From: Okamejei kenojei
Lineage: Eukaryota
Reading direction: 5' to 3'
Length of the DNA stretch: 64,000 bases
Assembly: GCA_035221665.1 (NCBI GenBank)
Contig: CM069164.1
Span: 12,338,001 to 12,402,000 of the forward strand
Made by a program: the position numbers and the translations under genes. The notes below the pieces were generated by a model that searched no databases, was not told the DNA's origin, and worked only from the letters and a program-made list of their open reading frames with translations. Shown in pieces: positions 38,745 through 52,109 of the stretch; the stretch's first letter is position 1; the number at the start of each line of letters is the position of its first letter.

Positions 38745-40389
38745 TCAGAGTCATAGCATCTTACAGTAGAAAAGGGCCCTTCGGCCCAACTTGCCCACAC
38801 CGGCCAACATGTCCTATCTACACGATTCCCACATGCCTGCATTTGGCTCATATCCCTCTAAACCTGTTCTATCCATGTACCTGTCCACATGCCTGCATTT
38901 GGCTCGTATCCCTCTAAACCTGTTCTATCCATGTTTCTTAAACATCGCGATAGTACCTGCCTCAACTAACTCCTCCGACAGCTCGTTTCACACACCTACC
39001 ACCCTTTGCATAAAAAAAGTTACCACTCATGTTCCTATTAAATATTTCCCCCCTCACCTTAAACCTATGTCCTCTATTCTCGATTCCCCTACCCTGGGCG
39101 TCTACCCGATCCATTCCCCATTGTTATTTGGAAAAAATGGATCGTAGCTTTGAAAGAGATTGTGCATTGGAAAATATTAGAAATGAATGGGCACTCAAAA
39201 TGTTAAACTGGAAAATTATAGAGGAATATGTATATATATCTTTGTGCTGGGTGCAGTTTTTTTTCCTAGTGATGACAACAGAAATTCAAAGGAAGTCTTT
39301 GATGAAATGAAATTGTTTTCTTGCAACCTCAATGATTTACCAAAAAAAATGTATTCCATGTGTCAGCATGAGGAGCAGCATTAAATGGTGCTGTCACTGA
39401 CATTACTTTCATACAATGAAATTTAGATTTACAAGTATTTTTGCACAGGTGATGGTCTTGTAACTTTCAGTACTTTATGCACAATACAGAATTGTAAGGA
39501 CGATTCCCATAGTGATATTTTTTGTGTTTATTTCAGATTAGCAACTACAATATTCTGTTTGGATTATTTCAAAAATATATTTTTTTTAATTGTGTAATAA
39601 TAATCCCATGTTCAATTCAGTTCTCTTAAGGATTTTGCCAAATTCAGGGAAGGGGGAATTACAGCAGTAAAAGTGAGAACAAGAGCTAGTCTGTCAGCCT
39701 CTTGACCCAATTCTGACAATCTATGAGATCATGCCTGATCTGACAAGGAGGGCATTTTAATTTTACGCGGAGGCCTTGAGCCAATGATGAGGTGAGTGGG
39801 CAGACATTTTCTCCAGTGTTCCATGAAAGTTAATCATTTGATACACATTGAAACATTTTCATTGGTCATCTATACAACATGGGCTGGGAGTCTGTGGGAA
39901 CTAAGTGGGTCAGACAACATCTGTGGAGGGAATGGACAGACAACATTTCAGACTGGCTTCAGACTTCTGATGAGTCGCAATCCAAATCGGTGTTTGTCCA
40001 TTCTCTCCACAGATGCTGCCAGACCCGCTGTGTTCCTCCTGCACTTTGTGTTTTGCACAAGATTCCAGCATCTGCAATCTTTTGTATCTACATATTGGAC
40101 ACTCTGCTTGCAAAGAATTAGTAGCCACACACTTCAAATACTGGCAGTTCTTTGGATCTAGTTAAAGGTGCCATAAGAGACTAGGCAGAAGACCACTCGG
40201 CCCATCACGCCTATGTCAGCTCTTATGATTATATAACTTTTACAAATGCTTTCCCCTTTAATGGTCGGCGTGTTGCAAACTTCTCTAATTTTATAATTTT
40301 CAATATTTAGACAAGAAGGTAATTTTAACGTTTTTAAATTATTTATAGTAACAATGATGGTTTACACTTGAAGAACTAACACTAGGGTG

Positions 40390-40640
40390 TTCCTGGCGCT
40401 GCCCCAGTCCCAGCCCCGCAGCCCTTTTACCTGCTGCCTCCTCCTTCACCGCAGGACCTGGGCTCGCAGTAACTCGCAGTGTTTGACTCCGGCCGCCCGG
40501 CATCTGCCTCCCGCGGGCAGGCGGGCGGGCAGGCCCGTTACCATGGCATTCCCGTCCCCTCCATCCTCGCCCCCCGACAACCGCAGCTCCCCGTACGCTA
40601 GTTCCGCTGTCTGCTGGTTCCTACCGCAGCCCTTCCTCAT
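40390..40640 (-). promoter_or_regulatory. CpG-rich promoter and first exon of C15orf61 (donor CAG|GTAAAA at 40431/40430), with an RFX X-box-like GTTACCATGGCATT (40537-40550)
   Basis: Isolated GC/CpG-rich patch 1.7 kb upstream of an exon that has a splice acceptor 2 nt before its ATG. Confidence 0.7.
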
Positions 40641-40929
40641 TGTGGACAAAGATCAATACCATTTAAAGTCACTGGAGCAAATATGCTCCTGGGTTGAATT
40701 AATATTTCATTTTGAAAAAATATATAGATTTTTTTGGGAGGAAGAAAACCGAAATCAAAATGCGGAAAATTAACATTTCTTGGTGAAAATTACTCAGCTT
40801 TTCAAAAGCTGTTGATTTTTGCCATTAAACTGTTTCAAACTCTAGCAGTTTTATGATGTTATATTAACAAATGCTTTATGGTTTTAATATTTGGTCAAGG
40901 AGTGAAGAATGATGGTCATCATAGTCAGA

Positions 40930-41850
40930 AAAATAGAAACATAAAGCACTGGAGGAACTCAGCCGATCAGGAGCCACTGAAGAACATGGATAGGTGATGT
41001 TTCAGGTTAGGACCTTTTTCAGACTGATTGTGGAGAGGTGAAAGCTAATGGACAGGAGGAGCAGGACGAAGCCTGGTAAGTAATAGGTGGATACAGGTGA
41101 GGGGAGAGTACCTGTGGAGGGGATGGTGGGACGAATTAACCAAGGGGTTGCAGAGGATGCGGTCTCTATCAGAGAAAAGGGGTCGAGATGAAAAGATGTG
41201 ACTGGTGATGGGATCACATTGGGGGGTGACAGAAATGTTTCGGGATGATGTGCTGGATGCCAAGGTTGGTGGGGTGTAAGGCAAGGACCAGGTGACCTCT
41301 ATCCTTGTTTCATCTGGAGGGAGGATGAGCAAGACCAGAACTAAGGGACACAGGCAGTGCGGGTGAGGGATCCATCTATGACAGCAGATCGAAACCACGT
41401 TTACTTAAAAAAAAAGTGCATCTCGGATGTCATAGAATGGAAAACCTCATTTTGGGAGTATACGTGGCACGAATTGATAAATTGAGAGTAAGGGATAGCG
41501 TCTGCAAGAGGTAGGATGGAAGCAAGTGCAATCCAGATAACTATGGTAGTCAATAGGTTTGTAGTAGACGTCATTCGATAGTCTTTCCCCTGTGATGGAG
41601 TCAGAGAGATTAAGAAAGGGGAGAAAGGTGTCCAAGATAGTCCAGGTGAAGTTGAGGGCAGGGTGGAAATTAATGGTAATGTTAATAAAAAATCAATGCG
41701 TTCGTCACTGATGCAATCATTGACATAAGGGAGAAAGAGTTTGGGGATTATGCCAGTGTACATTTGGAACAAGGACCGTTTGACGTAACCGCCAAAAAGG
41801 CAGGCATACCTGGGGCCGACACTAGTGCCCATGGTTACATCTTTAACTTA
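40930..41850 (-). mobile_element. Penelope-like element fragment (RT plus pLTR)
   Basis: MGTSVGPRYACLF...FLPYVNDC, DVYYKP.DYHSYLD and AIPYSQF are PLE RT motifs. Confidence 0.85.
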
Positions 41851-42789
41851 GAGAGAGGAATCAAAGGAGAAGTGACAGGAATCAAAGGAGAAACTGTTGA
41901 AGTATTTTTCATTAACACCAGTATCTGCATTTCCTTGTCTTGTCATCTTAGACATTTTGGGTCAAAGGGCCTTTTTCTTTGCTCTATGACTCCAAGGTAA
42001 TAGCCTGGCCGTGTTGCACTAAGATGCACTCTGTTCAGAGAGAACAGGTAAATGTTTCAGTTTGTTTATTTTTGTAAATAATTATGTTTTACACCCACAA
42101 AATAAGTCAGAATTAAAAGTGAGAGGGGAAAAATTTTAAGTAATTCCGAGGGGCAATCTTTTCACAAATGGATGGTGGGTATGTTTAATGACCTGCCAGA
42201 TGTGGTGTCAGAGGCAACATTTAAAAAGCATTTAGACAGGTACAGGGATAGGAAAGGGGTATGAGCCAAATGCTGACAACTGCACCTGGCTCAGGTAGGC
42301 AACTCAGGCGGCATGGGGGGGTCAATAGGCAGATGAATCATGTGGGGAAGAAAAGGGTGGGGATAATTACCAAAAGCGGAAAAGAGAAGTTGGATATTTA
42401 TCATAGTAACTATTTTAAGTACCAGTAAAATATTGTTTTTAAGATTCGCAGTTGAGGTTGAAACTAGATGTACATTCTAGATTAAGTTGGCAGTACTAAT
42501 GATGATTAGGAGTCTTTTTATATGTAAAAGATAAATTATAACTGTGAATCCTTGAACTCGGTGATCCTTTTCCACTTTATGACATCTTTGTATGTCTTGC
42601 AATGTAGTATTAAGCTGAAACAATCTGCTAGCACCCGCAAATAAATAGTTCGCCCCTTGCATTCTGAGGCAAGTATCTCTTCGGATTTCAATAAATATAA
42701 AATCAGTCATAACCTTCCATGTATATAGCACTGTTCACAATCTTAGATCATGACATTTGGTGAAACGATGATGAAAAAGTATCATTGCA

Positions 42790-43190
42790 TTGTGGAGAAA
42801 CATGGATACAATCAAATTGTGCACAGCAAGGTTCCACAAACAACAAACACTTGAATTAATGAATACTTTATTGTTACATGTGACATTGCTTTTGCGTGCC
42901 TAAGGTATGCAAATCGTCTCCACATAAAAGGCACTGACAAAAGTTAAAGTATCCCCCTCCAGGTCCACCTTTGTTCCCCACCCACCGGGTCCACCTTTGT
43001 TCCTCCTCACCCCCCCTCCCGGCGGTTCCCCCACACCGGGTCTTCCTTTGTTCTTCCCCCTCTCATCAGTTTTAATAATGTTGTTCGAAGGAAAACATAA
43101 TGTCCGTAACATTTGGGAGCTCTCCCCTGCTTCGATTCAAGTATAGCCACTGGATATTTTACTTTATAGGGCGAAGGCATCGGAAGATTA
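42790..43190 (-). mobile_element. Deu-SINE core and tail remnant, split by a ~200-bp insertion (~42866-43070)
   Basis: Reverse complements of ..GAAGCAGGGGAGAGCTCCC.. and ..TTTGTGGAACCTTGCTGTGCACAATT.. resemble the recalled Deu-domain consensus. Confidence 0.5.
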
Positions 43191-46005
43191 ATTTACTTTA
43201 AACTTTTTTTGTTCATTAATTTTATATATTTTATGAAGTGTCTATTCTCTCCCAGTAGATTGTGGGAATCCAGTGCGATGTCAGGATAGGCTTTTAGGGA
43301 GAATGGGGACAGGATTACTGGAGATCATGTGATAAAACTTCCAATGAACACCTTTTACTCAATCTGGAAACACAAGACCTAAGAAAACCTGGTAGTGCTA
43401 GTGATTGTAAGCTACAGAAATAATTGCAGAGGAACATTTCATTTGTAGATGTACTATTACAGCAATATGACTGTGAAGTCACTGAATTCTTAAGTACATT
43501 TAGTTCTTTTGCAAAATTGATGTAATCTCAAACCATGATTGAAATAGAAATAATAAATCTAATTGAGAAAAATACAAAAAGGTCAGTTTGCTAAAAAATA
43601 ATACTAACTTTAATTTTTTTTAACTTAAATCACATTTTTATTATTAGTCTTTGCAGCGTGGTTGCCTATGCTCAAGACCATGGCTACTAATTGAAAGTCC
43701 TAGGAGCTCAAGACAGAATTGTCATGGAGGAACATACAATAAAGTTCAGGTAATTATAATGGTTCGTTTAGGGAAAAGGGTTCATTTGCTGACTGAACCA
43801 CTCAGTAATTTGTTGTATCGGGGAACTCTGTTCATCTGAATTGCTGCATAATGCTGAACATTATAACAAGCTCTGCAAGCTTTCCCCTGGCACTCAGTCA
43901 GTACCGAGTTGGATATCTGAGCTTTGAAACTGCTTGTCAGATGCAGCAATTCATGGTGACTCTGCAGAAAATATTTGCTCTGTACTTTTGTCCAAATCAA
44001 AGTAAATAGCACAAATAGAGACAATTGTTAAACATTGTGTAAGATGCGTTTGCACGCGTTCAGTAGTATCTCACTGTGCTTTTTATTGGGCATAGTATAA
44101 AGTCTGTACAACGCTAAACAGTTCTGAGAGTGAAAATATACTTTTTCAAATATGTCAAGGTTTTTTTAACATTAGGAACCTGAGTGGAGCCAGTTATTGC
44201 CATTGTCAATCGTTTGGATATGTCTGCCATTTGTTAACAAGAGCTTCTGGTGTAACATGATAATACTATTAGGGCACTAGTCAGGACAATGTCATCAACC
44301 CTTGTGATTTTTTAAAAGTATGCCTCTTTTAATGCAGATCAACTAATGAATACATTTAGTGGTAATAAAAGGAGACATAAAACTAAATGATAATATTGCT
44401 CATGGTCTCCACAGAATGTTCCAGTTCTTTTAGTGCCCTTAAGGGAGTGGTTCTTGTGGGCCTTACAGATAGATTACTTGATCTAAGGGGAAAGTCTAAT
44501 AATTACTACAATAATGAAAAGGTGGAGGATAGCCTGCCAGGAAGAAGAAATTAGTCCAAAAAAAAAGGAGAAATTGGAAATTAGTGTTGTGCATAAGATA
44601 CATAAGCATTTTATATTGTTGTCATAGTCCTTTAGACTTGAAATATTGGTGGCCATGGCAGGTTTGAGGATTTCCACGTTCAACAAGAATACTAAGGTCA
44701 CGTTGTCAAACTGAACAATTGGAGATACTACACAACGGTCCAAACAGGATCAGCTGTGCTTCTCTCCTGTTATAATTACATGAATAATACCACGATACAG
44801 AAGAAGGGAGTTATTGTGCAATATGGTAATTGGCTGACTAGTTCTAAGGTTTGGAAAAGGTTGTGATCATGGATATTGTAATCAGGTGAATAATTAATAT
44901 GGTGAAAGACATCTATTGTAAAATATGTTAATAAGATAGATGGAATATATTCAGGCCAAGTGATTGTCTTGTATTTGGTGAAATGAGTATTGTATCTTCT
45001 CTCAAGTTATGTTAATTCTCTAATATGGTTTTCCTAAGAACAGAATCTCAGCGAGATCAGCAGAGGTGCGGTCAATTAACCCCTGCAGAAAAGGAGTGGA
45101 GATTCATACACCAAGATCAAATAATTGGCAGGGAACTATGACTCCTCTCCACTAAGCTATGTTGCCTTTCCAAAACAGTAGATTTCAATAGTAGATATTC
45201 AACAATAGATGAGCGTATTTAAGGAGGAAACTTTGGATGGGTCGTGATATGGGAAGATTCTGCTGAAATTGTGTGATTTATAGCACAAAGGCTCTTTCTG
45301 GTTGTTTAACTTTTGCCAACAATTAGCTCAGGTGTGGTATTAAAGCCCTACAATTACTTTGAGTGCCTGAAATGTTAACTATTTCCAAGCCATGACTATC
45401 GAGTGAAGACCAGATTTGGACTGATCTGTGACATTGAATATATTTGACAGCACAAATTACTCTGAACAGGCTGGTTTGGTCCTGACTGCAGGCACAGGAG
45501 AAAACATAACGTGGAATATCTCTCCTGTCTTTATATTGCAGTAAAGCAGCACAGAAACAATAGTGGTAATGCTCATTAAAATTTGTCAATCAATTTTGGA
45601 CAGAATGCTACAGGATTCAACCACTTTAATAATATTCCAGATATTCAATTATTTTCGACTGGTTTTAAGCATCTCTTACTGGATGGTTTTATCCTGGGAT
45701 GTGGGGAGGAATGGGAAAACAAAGAAAGGAGAAGAATCTGAGTTTACAGCAGAACACATTATGTTTATCTCATCTATAACATTTTAGTTGTCATTTTTGA
45801 AGTTTTAATCGGTTCCAACAATATCCTGATTGGAGAACAGATTCCACAGGACATTTATTTTGCTTGCTTGGACAAAGCTGAAACACTGAAACACATGCAG
45901 ACTTTTTTTTTAAATCGCTTACAATAACACAGGATTCCAGCGAGATACAATTGGAGCTCAAGTAGTTCACTGTTAAATATCTGTAGTTGCTCAGAATTAG
46001 GTTCT

Positions 46006-46101
46006 TCATATCATAAGCTCTAATGGAAGGATGGAATTGCCTTCTTGGGACTTGTTCACTATTGTAACTCCAAGGATTATTTCAATATCTTGAATCGCTG
46101 C
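46006..46101 (-). CDS. IQCH: IQCH last coding exon: AAIQDIEIILGVTIVNKSQEGNSILPLELMI*
   Basis: Acceptor TTTTACAG|GCA, phase 0; resembles recalled human TTIADIETILRVT.ENK; AATAAA on the minus strand at 45854-45859. Confidence 0.8.
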   Translation of the reverse strand, partial: AAIQDIEIILGVTIVNKSQEGNSILPLELMI

Positions 46102-46119
46102 CTGTAAAATAAGCATGTT

Positions 46120-47460
46120 AAGTTAGACACAAAATGCTGGAGTAACGTTGTTAGGCAGCATGCCTGGATTACATGGATAAGTGACCCTTGTGGGTCAGGA
46201 TCCTTCTTCAGACTGATTGCAGGGTGGGCAGGAAAGAAAGCTGGAAGAGAGGAGGGCTGGACTGAGCATGACCAGTAATAGATGAACACAAGGGGCGGTG
46301 CAGCGGTGGAGTTGCTGCCTTATAGTGCTTACAGTGCAGAGACTCAGGTTCGATCCCGACTACGGGTGCTGTCTGTACAGAGTTTATACATTCTCCCCGT
46401 GACCGCGTGGGTTTCTCTCCGAGATCGTCAGTTTCCACCCACACTCCAGGTATGTAGGTTAATTGGATTGGTCTAATTGTAAATTGTTCCTAGTGTGTGT
46501 AGGATAGTGTTAATGTGCGGGGATCGTTCGGGCTCGGTGGGCTGAAGGGCCTGTTTCCGCGCTGTATCTCTAAACTAAACAAGCAATGTTTTATTTTGAT
46601 AGGAAGATTGTTGAACAAAGACAAGAAAAAAAGACGGGTGTGAGCCCAAAAGGATAAAGAGTTGTGAATTGTGATGTTGGTGGTGGGTAAGGGGACAAAC
46701 TTGTGCGATGTCAGCAAGGGTTCAAATTTGGGGACTGGTGGGAGAAAGGGGAGGGGGGGATCTTGGGGGAGTGGGAAGGGGGCTGTTTGTGGGTTAGTTA
46801 CATAACATTGGACAATTCAATGTTCGTACCGTTGGATTGTATGCTATGCAAGCAGAATATGAGGTGATGTTCCTCCAGTTTCCGTTTGGTCTCATTCTGG
46901 CAATGGAGAATGCCCAGGAGAGAAAGGTCAGTATGGGGATGGGAAGGGGAGTTAAAATGGTCAACAACATGGAGATCTTGTAGGATTGGCGGACCAAGAG
47001 CAAGTGTTTGACAAAGCAGTCGCTGAATCCAGTCGTGGTCTCACTGATGTACAGGAGGTCACTTCTGCAACACTGGTTGCAGGTGAGGTTACTGGAGGTG
47101 CACATGAACTTCTGTCTCACCTGGGAGGACAGCTGGGGTCCCTGGATGGAGATGAGTGAGGAGGTATAGGGACAAATGTTACATCTCCTGCAGTTGCAGG
47201 TGAAAGTACCTGGGGAGAGGGAATGGATGAGTTAACCAAGGAGTTGCGGAGGGAGCAGTCTCTGCGGAAGTCGAAAAGGGGTCAGGATAGAAAGATGTGA
47301 CTGGTGGTGGGATCACGTTGGAGGTGACAACAAATGTCGGAAGATGATGTGGAGGCTGGTTGGGTGAAAGGTGAGGACCAGGGAACTCTATCCTTTTCTG
47401 TCTGGGGAGGGGAGGGGAGGTGAGCAAGAGCAAAACTGCAGAGCTGCATTCTGTTCATGA
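46120..47460 (-). mobile_element. Penelope-like element (GIY-YIG region plus pLTR) containing an HE1-type SINE
   Basis: RQKFMCTSSNL..C..LLYISET GIY-YIG-like motif; pLTR at ~46120-46215. Confidence 0.8.
46291..46580 (+). mobile_element. HE1/V-SINE-type SINE
   Basis: B-box GGTTCGATCCC, V-core, and tail GGGCTGAAGGGCCTGTTTCCGCGCTGTATCTCTAAACTAAAC. Confidence 0.9.
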
Positions 47461-47888
47461 GACACAAGGAACTGTTGATTCTTGCAAATGTTTGTCACCC
47501 ACTCACTTACTGTAACATTTTGTTACAGGTGTATTATATGCGGCAATCAAGCAAAGAAAGCACAAGGAGGATAGAAACAAAGAATGGCAGTTTACAAGAA
47601 GGCGCTTTCCCGTGCAAACAGTAATCACTTGGATATCCATTTGCCCTAAAGAACCTGCAGTACCCGATACCAAAAACTATAATTTCTTACCCTTCAACAT
47701 CTGAAAATCAACACCCTGAGAAATGGTCATAGAGAACAATAAATTGTATTTGTTGAACCAACATCAATCAAAAATAAAGTTTTTCATGTATTTGCAAAGA
47801 CTAATTAAGTGTGGTTCTTTTGTAAAATAGCTATCTTGGATGGTGTATCCTATGTGTGGATTTCAGGTGACAATACCTGATAGCGTAA

Positions 47889-48067
47889 TGGCCTGTCCCA
47901 CTTAGGCGACTTTTTAGGTGACTGCTGGAGACTATGCAGTCGCCACATGTTTGCGGGTTGTTGCCGGGGTCCCCTTCATGGTCGTGAGGAGTTCCCGCAT
48001 TCTGGGTGTGTGTGTGTGTTTCACTCTTGACAGTCGCCGGAAAAATCGCCTAAGTGGGACAGGCCCG
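47889..48067. mobile_element. PIF/Harbinger-type MITE, ~179 bp, TAA TSD
   Basis: GGCCTGTCCCACTTAGGCGA...TCGCCTAAGTGGGACAGGCC; TAA at 47886-47888 and 48068-48070. Confidence 0.8.
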
Positions 48068-48814
48068 TAAGGGTACTATAACCCCCATGTTTGTGCCTTG
48101 TTAAATGGATAGGGATTTTAAAGGAATTGGGATTATTTGACAGTGAAAGTATTATACAGATACCTAATACATTCATACAAAACATATTTAATACAAATAT
48201 TGCTCCCGCAAGGAACAAGGAAAGAAATATAATAATAGCGTACGAACAAATAAAAAAACTCTCTTATTGCTAATCTGGTAAATTGGATTGCAGGAACTAA
48301 GTGGCAAATTATTATTCTTCCTAGACAGTCCTTCAGATTAGAGGATGACTTACTGTAACTCCACACCATGTTCATGCTTTCTGAGATGGCTGATGAAGTC
48401 AATGTGAAAGCCACTAATTCTGCCGTGGGTAGGGCAGGAGTGTCCGGCAAGCTAGGTGGTGGTTTGGTGGGCGGTGCATGTTCTCTGCTACACCATATGC
48501 TTGTGATAAATGCACTCAAGTTCTCTGTGCCTTCCCAAACACTTGTTCACGATTTTGGTAGGCATGTTACATTTTTCAATGGGGCTTTGAGAATGTCTGT
48601 CAGATAGTCTCTTGCTTATCATCCTGGGCAATAAACATAACATGGAGAAGATATGATGCTTTACAACAATTATTAGCTTGGCCATAGCTGGAGTACCTTG
48701 TGTAGTTCTGGTTGCCATTTTGTAGGAAGGATGTAATTGGAGAGGGTACAGAGGAGATTCACCAGGATGGTGCCTGGGATACTGCATTTCAGTCACGATA
48801 AAAGATTGGTTGGG

Positions 48815-49050
48815 GAAAATAAAGTGAACTGTAGATGCTGATTTATACCGAAGATAGACACAAATGGCTGGTGTAACTCAGCAGGTCAGCTACAATCTCT
48901 GGAGAAAATGTATTAGTGACGTTTTGGGTCAGGACGCTTCTTCAGACTGGTCTAAGGTAGGGTCGCAACACAAAACATCACCTTTCCATTTTCTCCAGAT
49001 ATGCTGCCTGACCCACTGAGTTACTCCAGCATTTTTTGTCTATCTTTTTA
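48815..49050. mobile_element. Palindromic Penelope-pLTR element inserted in a CR1 fragment (~48670-49330)
   Basis: Same inverted arms as 20967-21212. Confidence 0.75.
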
Positions 49051-49469
49051 AATGGGTTGGGTTTGGTTCCTTTGTAATGGACGAAGCCGAGGGAGAATCT
49101 GATTGAGATGCACAAAATTATGAGCAGCTGGACAGGATAATTAATGGCATTTTTCTCCTTAATGGGGGTTTCAATAACCAGAGAGCACGGATTCAGGCAA
49201 GGGCAAGAAGATTTGGAGAACATCGAGGAAGACTTTTTTTCCTCTAATATTGTGGACACCTAAAATGTACCTCTGAGGGGGTGGCGGAAAGATAGACTCT
49301 CACAACATTTAAGCATTTAAATGGTTACCTGCATGTAGTTGCTCCCAGTCCACATTTGCCGAAACGCCTTATTGTACTGAAATCAGACTTTGCCCTAATT
49401 TTTAGGACTTCTTCGTAAAAGGTTATGATTATAACAGCTGGAATGTTCTCCCACTAACACTTCCTTAAG

Positions 49470-49760
49470 TTTAGTTTTAATTTAGTTTAGAAATACAGCG
49501 AGGGAACACCGTTCTGCACCGACCAGTGATCCGCATACACTCGCACCGTCCTAAACACACTAGGGACAATTTACAATTATACCAAGCCAATTAGCATACT
49601 AACCTATACCTCTTTGGAGAGTGGGAGGAAACCCGAGCTCCCAGAGAAAACCCACATCATGGGGAGAACGTACAAACTCCATACAGACAGCACCCATAAT
49701 CAGGATCGAACTCTGGTCTCTGGTGCTGTAAAGCAGCAACTCTACCACTATGCTGCCCTA
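49470..49760 (-). mobile_element. HE1/V-SINE-type SINE
   Basis: Reverse complement has the GTTCGATCC B-box, V-core and TAAACT tail. Confidence 0.8.
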
Positions 49761-49859
49761 AGTTGCTCAGTTACATACCCGAGGGTTATCGCCATTTCAC
49801 TCTATCCCAAGTAGCACCATCTTTGTTTTGGCTCTCAAGAATTCTGCTGTATCCTAGCT

Positions 49860-50600
49860 TTTCACTAAGGCAAACCAAGTGTTAGAGGGAAAATTAAGGA
49901 GTCAAAATTCCCCTACTATGATTACCTGGTTAATTTGCAGTTCTGCCATTTGTCTACATATTGACTCCTCTATCTCGTGCACATTGCCTGTGCAATCAAA
50001 TGAATCAACCACACTGTTTTTATATCTAAGCTCCACCCATATGTCCTCGTTTGGAGAACTGCCTGATGCCCGTCATTAACACAGTAATTGACTCCTTAAT
50101 TAATATTGTAATGTCACCTCTTTTTATTTGCAACCATCCTGTACTGCCTGAAGAAATTATATGCTAGAATGTTAATTTGCCAGACCTGCCCTGCATTCAA
50201 CTACATCTCCATTAAAGCATCAACATCTTATGCCCAAACATGAAATACTGCCCCCAGTTCATCAGCTTTACCTGTAAGATGCCTTGCATTAAAATATATA
50301 AAATGTAGCCTTGCATTCCTCCTACGTGTCCGGAGACTCGATTTTCCTTCTTCATTTGCCTAATATTTGTTATGATCATCTTTAAGAATAGATACAAATT
50401 CAACTCGGGTAACTGGAGAGGTCTCACTGACGTCTGTCACAGGGGAAATCATCATCAGGGTCCTCCTCTCCTGCCTCCTCCAAGGGCAGAAGACCTGACC
50501 ACTATATCGTGTCCAGAGGTACAATGATCTTCACTGCATGATAACTCCAAGAGTTATGCACGGAGCAGCATCCACCATTATGCACTGCCTTTCTTGACCT
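49860..50600 (-). mobile_element. Degenerate CR1 ORF1/ORF2 (esterase/endonuclease) remnant
   Basis: Minus-strand EDIWVEL...EIEESICRQM...VIIVG endonuclease-like stretch. Confidence 0.5.
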
Positions 50601-50838
50601 TGCCAATCAAGAGGGACCATTGACTATCCTTCTGAAATCTAACTGCTGAAATTTATCTCCATCTTGCATTCGGTTCATAATAGCATGTAATCTGCAATTT
50701 TAACTAAGGTGTAGACTTATGATTGTCGACTAAATCTTGAGTGACAACTTGTTTACAATCACTGTGCAATCTTAAAACATTTCTATGTTAATAAACTGTA
50801 TAAAAATTAAGAGGAAAACATGTTAATTAATGCCTCAC

Positions 50839-50947
50839 CTGAAAATTGTTCTCCCAATGCACATTAGGTGCTGTTATTTCCTGATGAATGACAGAGAGAT
50901 TACGAGCAAAGGTCAGTAGAGCCCCCTGGAGATCTTCCCCGATTGTT
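50839..50947 (-). CDS. IQCH: IQCH coding exon: [36 protein letters not shown]
   Basis: AG acceptor at 50948-50949, donor CAG|GTGAGG; matches recalled [33 protein letters not shown]. Confidence 0.92.
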
Positions 50948-51377
50948 CTGTTAATGATATACAAACAAATGAGTTTACTAATGATTCCCTTTACATGCTT
51001 AAAAACAATCACAGTCTCATTTCGGGGAAATGCTGATGGAATTTAATGAGCATTTTCATTCTCGCGGGGCACAAATCTTCTGGGAAATATGAAAGATGAG
51101 GTACTATTTTTACATGTCAACTGAAGGATTTGTGCAATAAATATACTTTATTAATCATACACCATTGAAAAGCAATAGGTTAAATCAACTAGATACCAAA
51201 ATGGAACCAAAACTCCCACGCAGTTAGGAAAAGTCTCTAATGTTCTTCCAAAACAAGCACTGAATCCCCAACATGCAAATGACTTAAGTGAATTGAATTA
51301 TTGCTGAGTAAAGCTCGATACTTGAATGGAAATGTGTATGGATGTGGGGTGAGGGGGTGTTCAAATGGTAAACTTAC

Positions 51378-51439
51378 ACCATCCCTAGGCGATCCCTCTT
51401 GTTTCCTTCATGTAGTATAAAAACTGTTCCTTGTCTTTC
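51378..51439 (-). CDS. IQCH: IQCH coding exon (62 nt): ERQGTVFILHEGNKRDRLGM(V)
   Basis: TTTTAATAG|GAA...GGT|GTAAGT; phases (0 in, 2 out) fit both neighbouring exons; ERQGTVFIL matches the recalled human sequence. Confidence 0.9.
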
Positions 51440-52109
51440 CTATTAAAACAGAGTAAGTACCACATATTAGATCTCATTGGGATGATGCATGCTATGAAAA
51501 TCCCTTGAGGTTATTCCCTCCTCCTGAGAATATTCTTTCAATGTTTTTACTTGATCACTATTAAAAAGCAGAAGATTTGCTGCAACGTAATTCCCTTAGC
51601 AGCAAAGTAGCTTTGAAAATAAGTTTCTGCATGCTATTCTACCATGGAGGGCAGCACAACAGCCTTACCATCTCCCAACAGCTTGTGTAGGGACATTCTC
51701 TGCCAGCTTTAGCCACTGTGGAAAATGTTCCCAACCTTCAGGTACTGGTTGAACAAGGACAAATGAAGGTTAATGACAACTCTGGACTGGAGGACATGAT
51801 GTATTGAGTTATACTCTTTATTTATGTATGGACAAGTATTGGAGAAGTCCAAGGAAGGCTTTTTCTCATTGCCTCAGGGAGCTCCTAGTAGCAATAATGT
51901 TAACTTTGTTAGGTAACTCTTCAGTGTAGGTAGTTTAGCACACTAATGGTGCTGAATGTAAGCATGTAAAGTAAAAACTGACCATTACATTTAAAAATAT
52001 ATTATCTAGAAAAACTGAAATTCTTCTCATAAAGCAGAACACATTAAAACATTTTAAAGAAAAATTCAAAATGGTTTGGGCAACCTTAAATGCAAGCATA
52101 TAATAAGCC

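Noticed and set aside
38830-38935. 56-bp tandem duplication
   Set aside because: Local slippage inside a decayed CR1 3' end; no sign of function.
47690-47702. Possible 10-nt micro-exon (CAG|ATGTTGAAGG|GTAAGA, minus strand) in the last IQCH intron
   Set aside because: It would shift the frame between two phase-0 exons that already join cleanly, and there is no other support.
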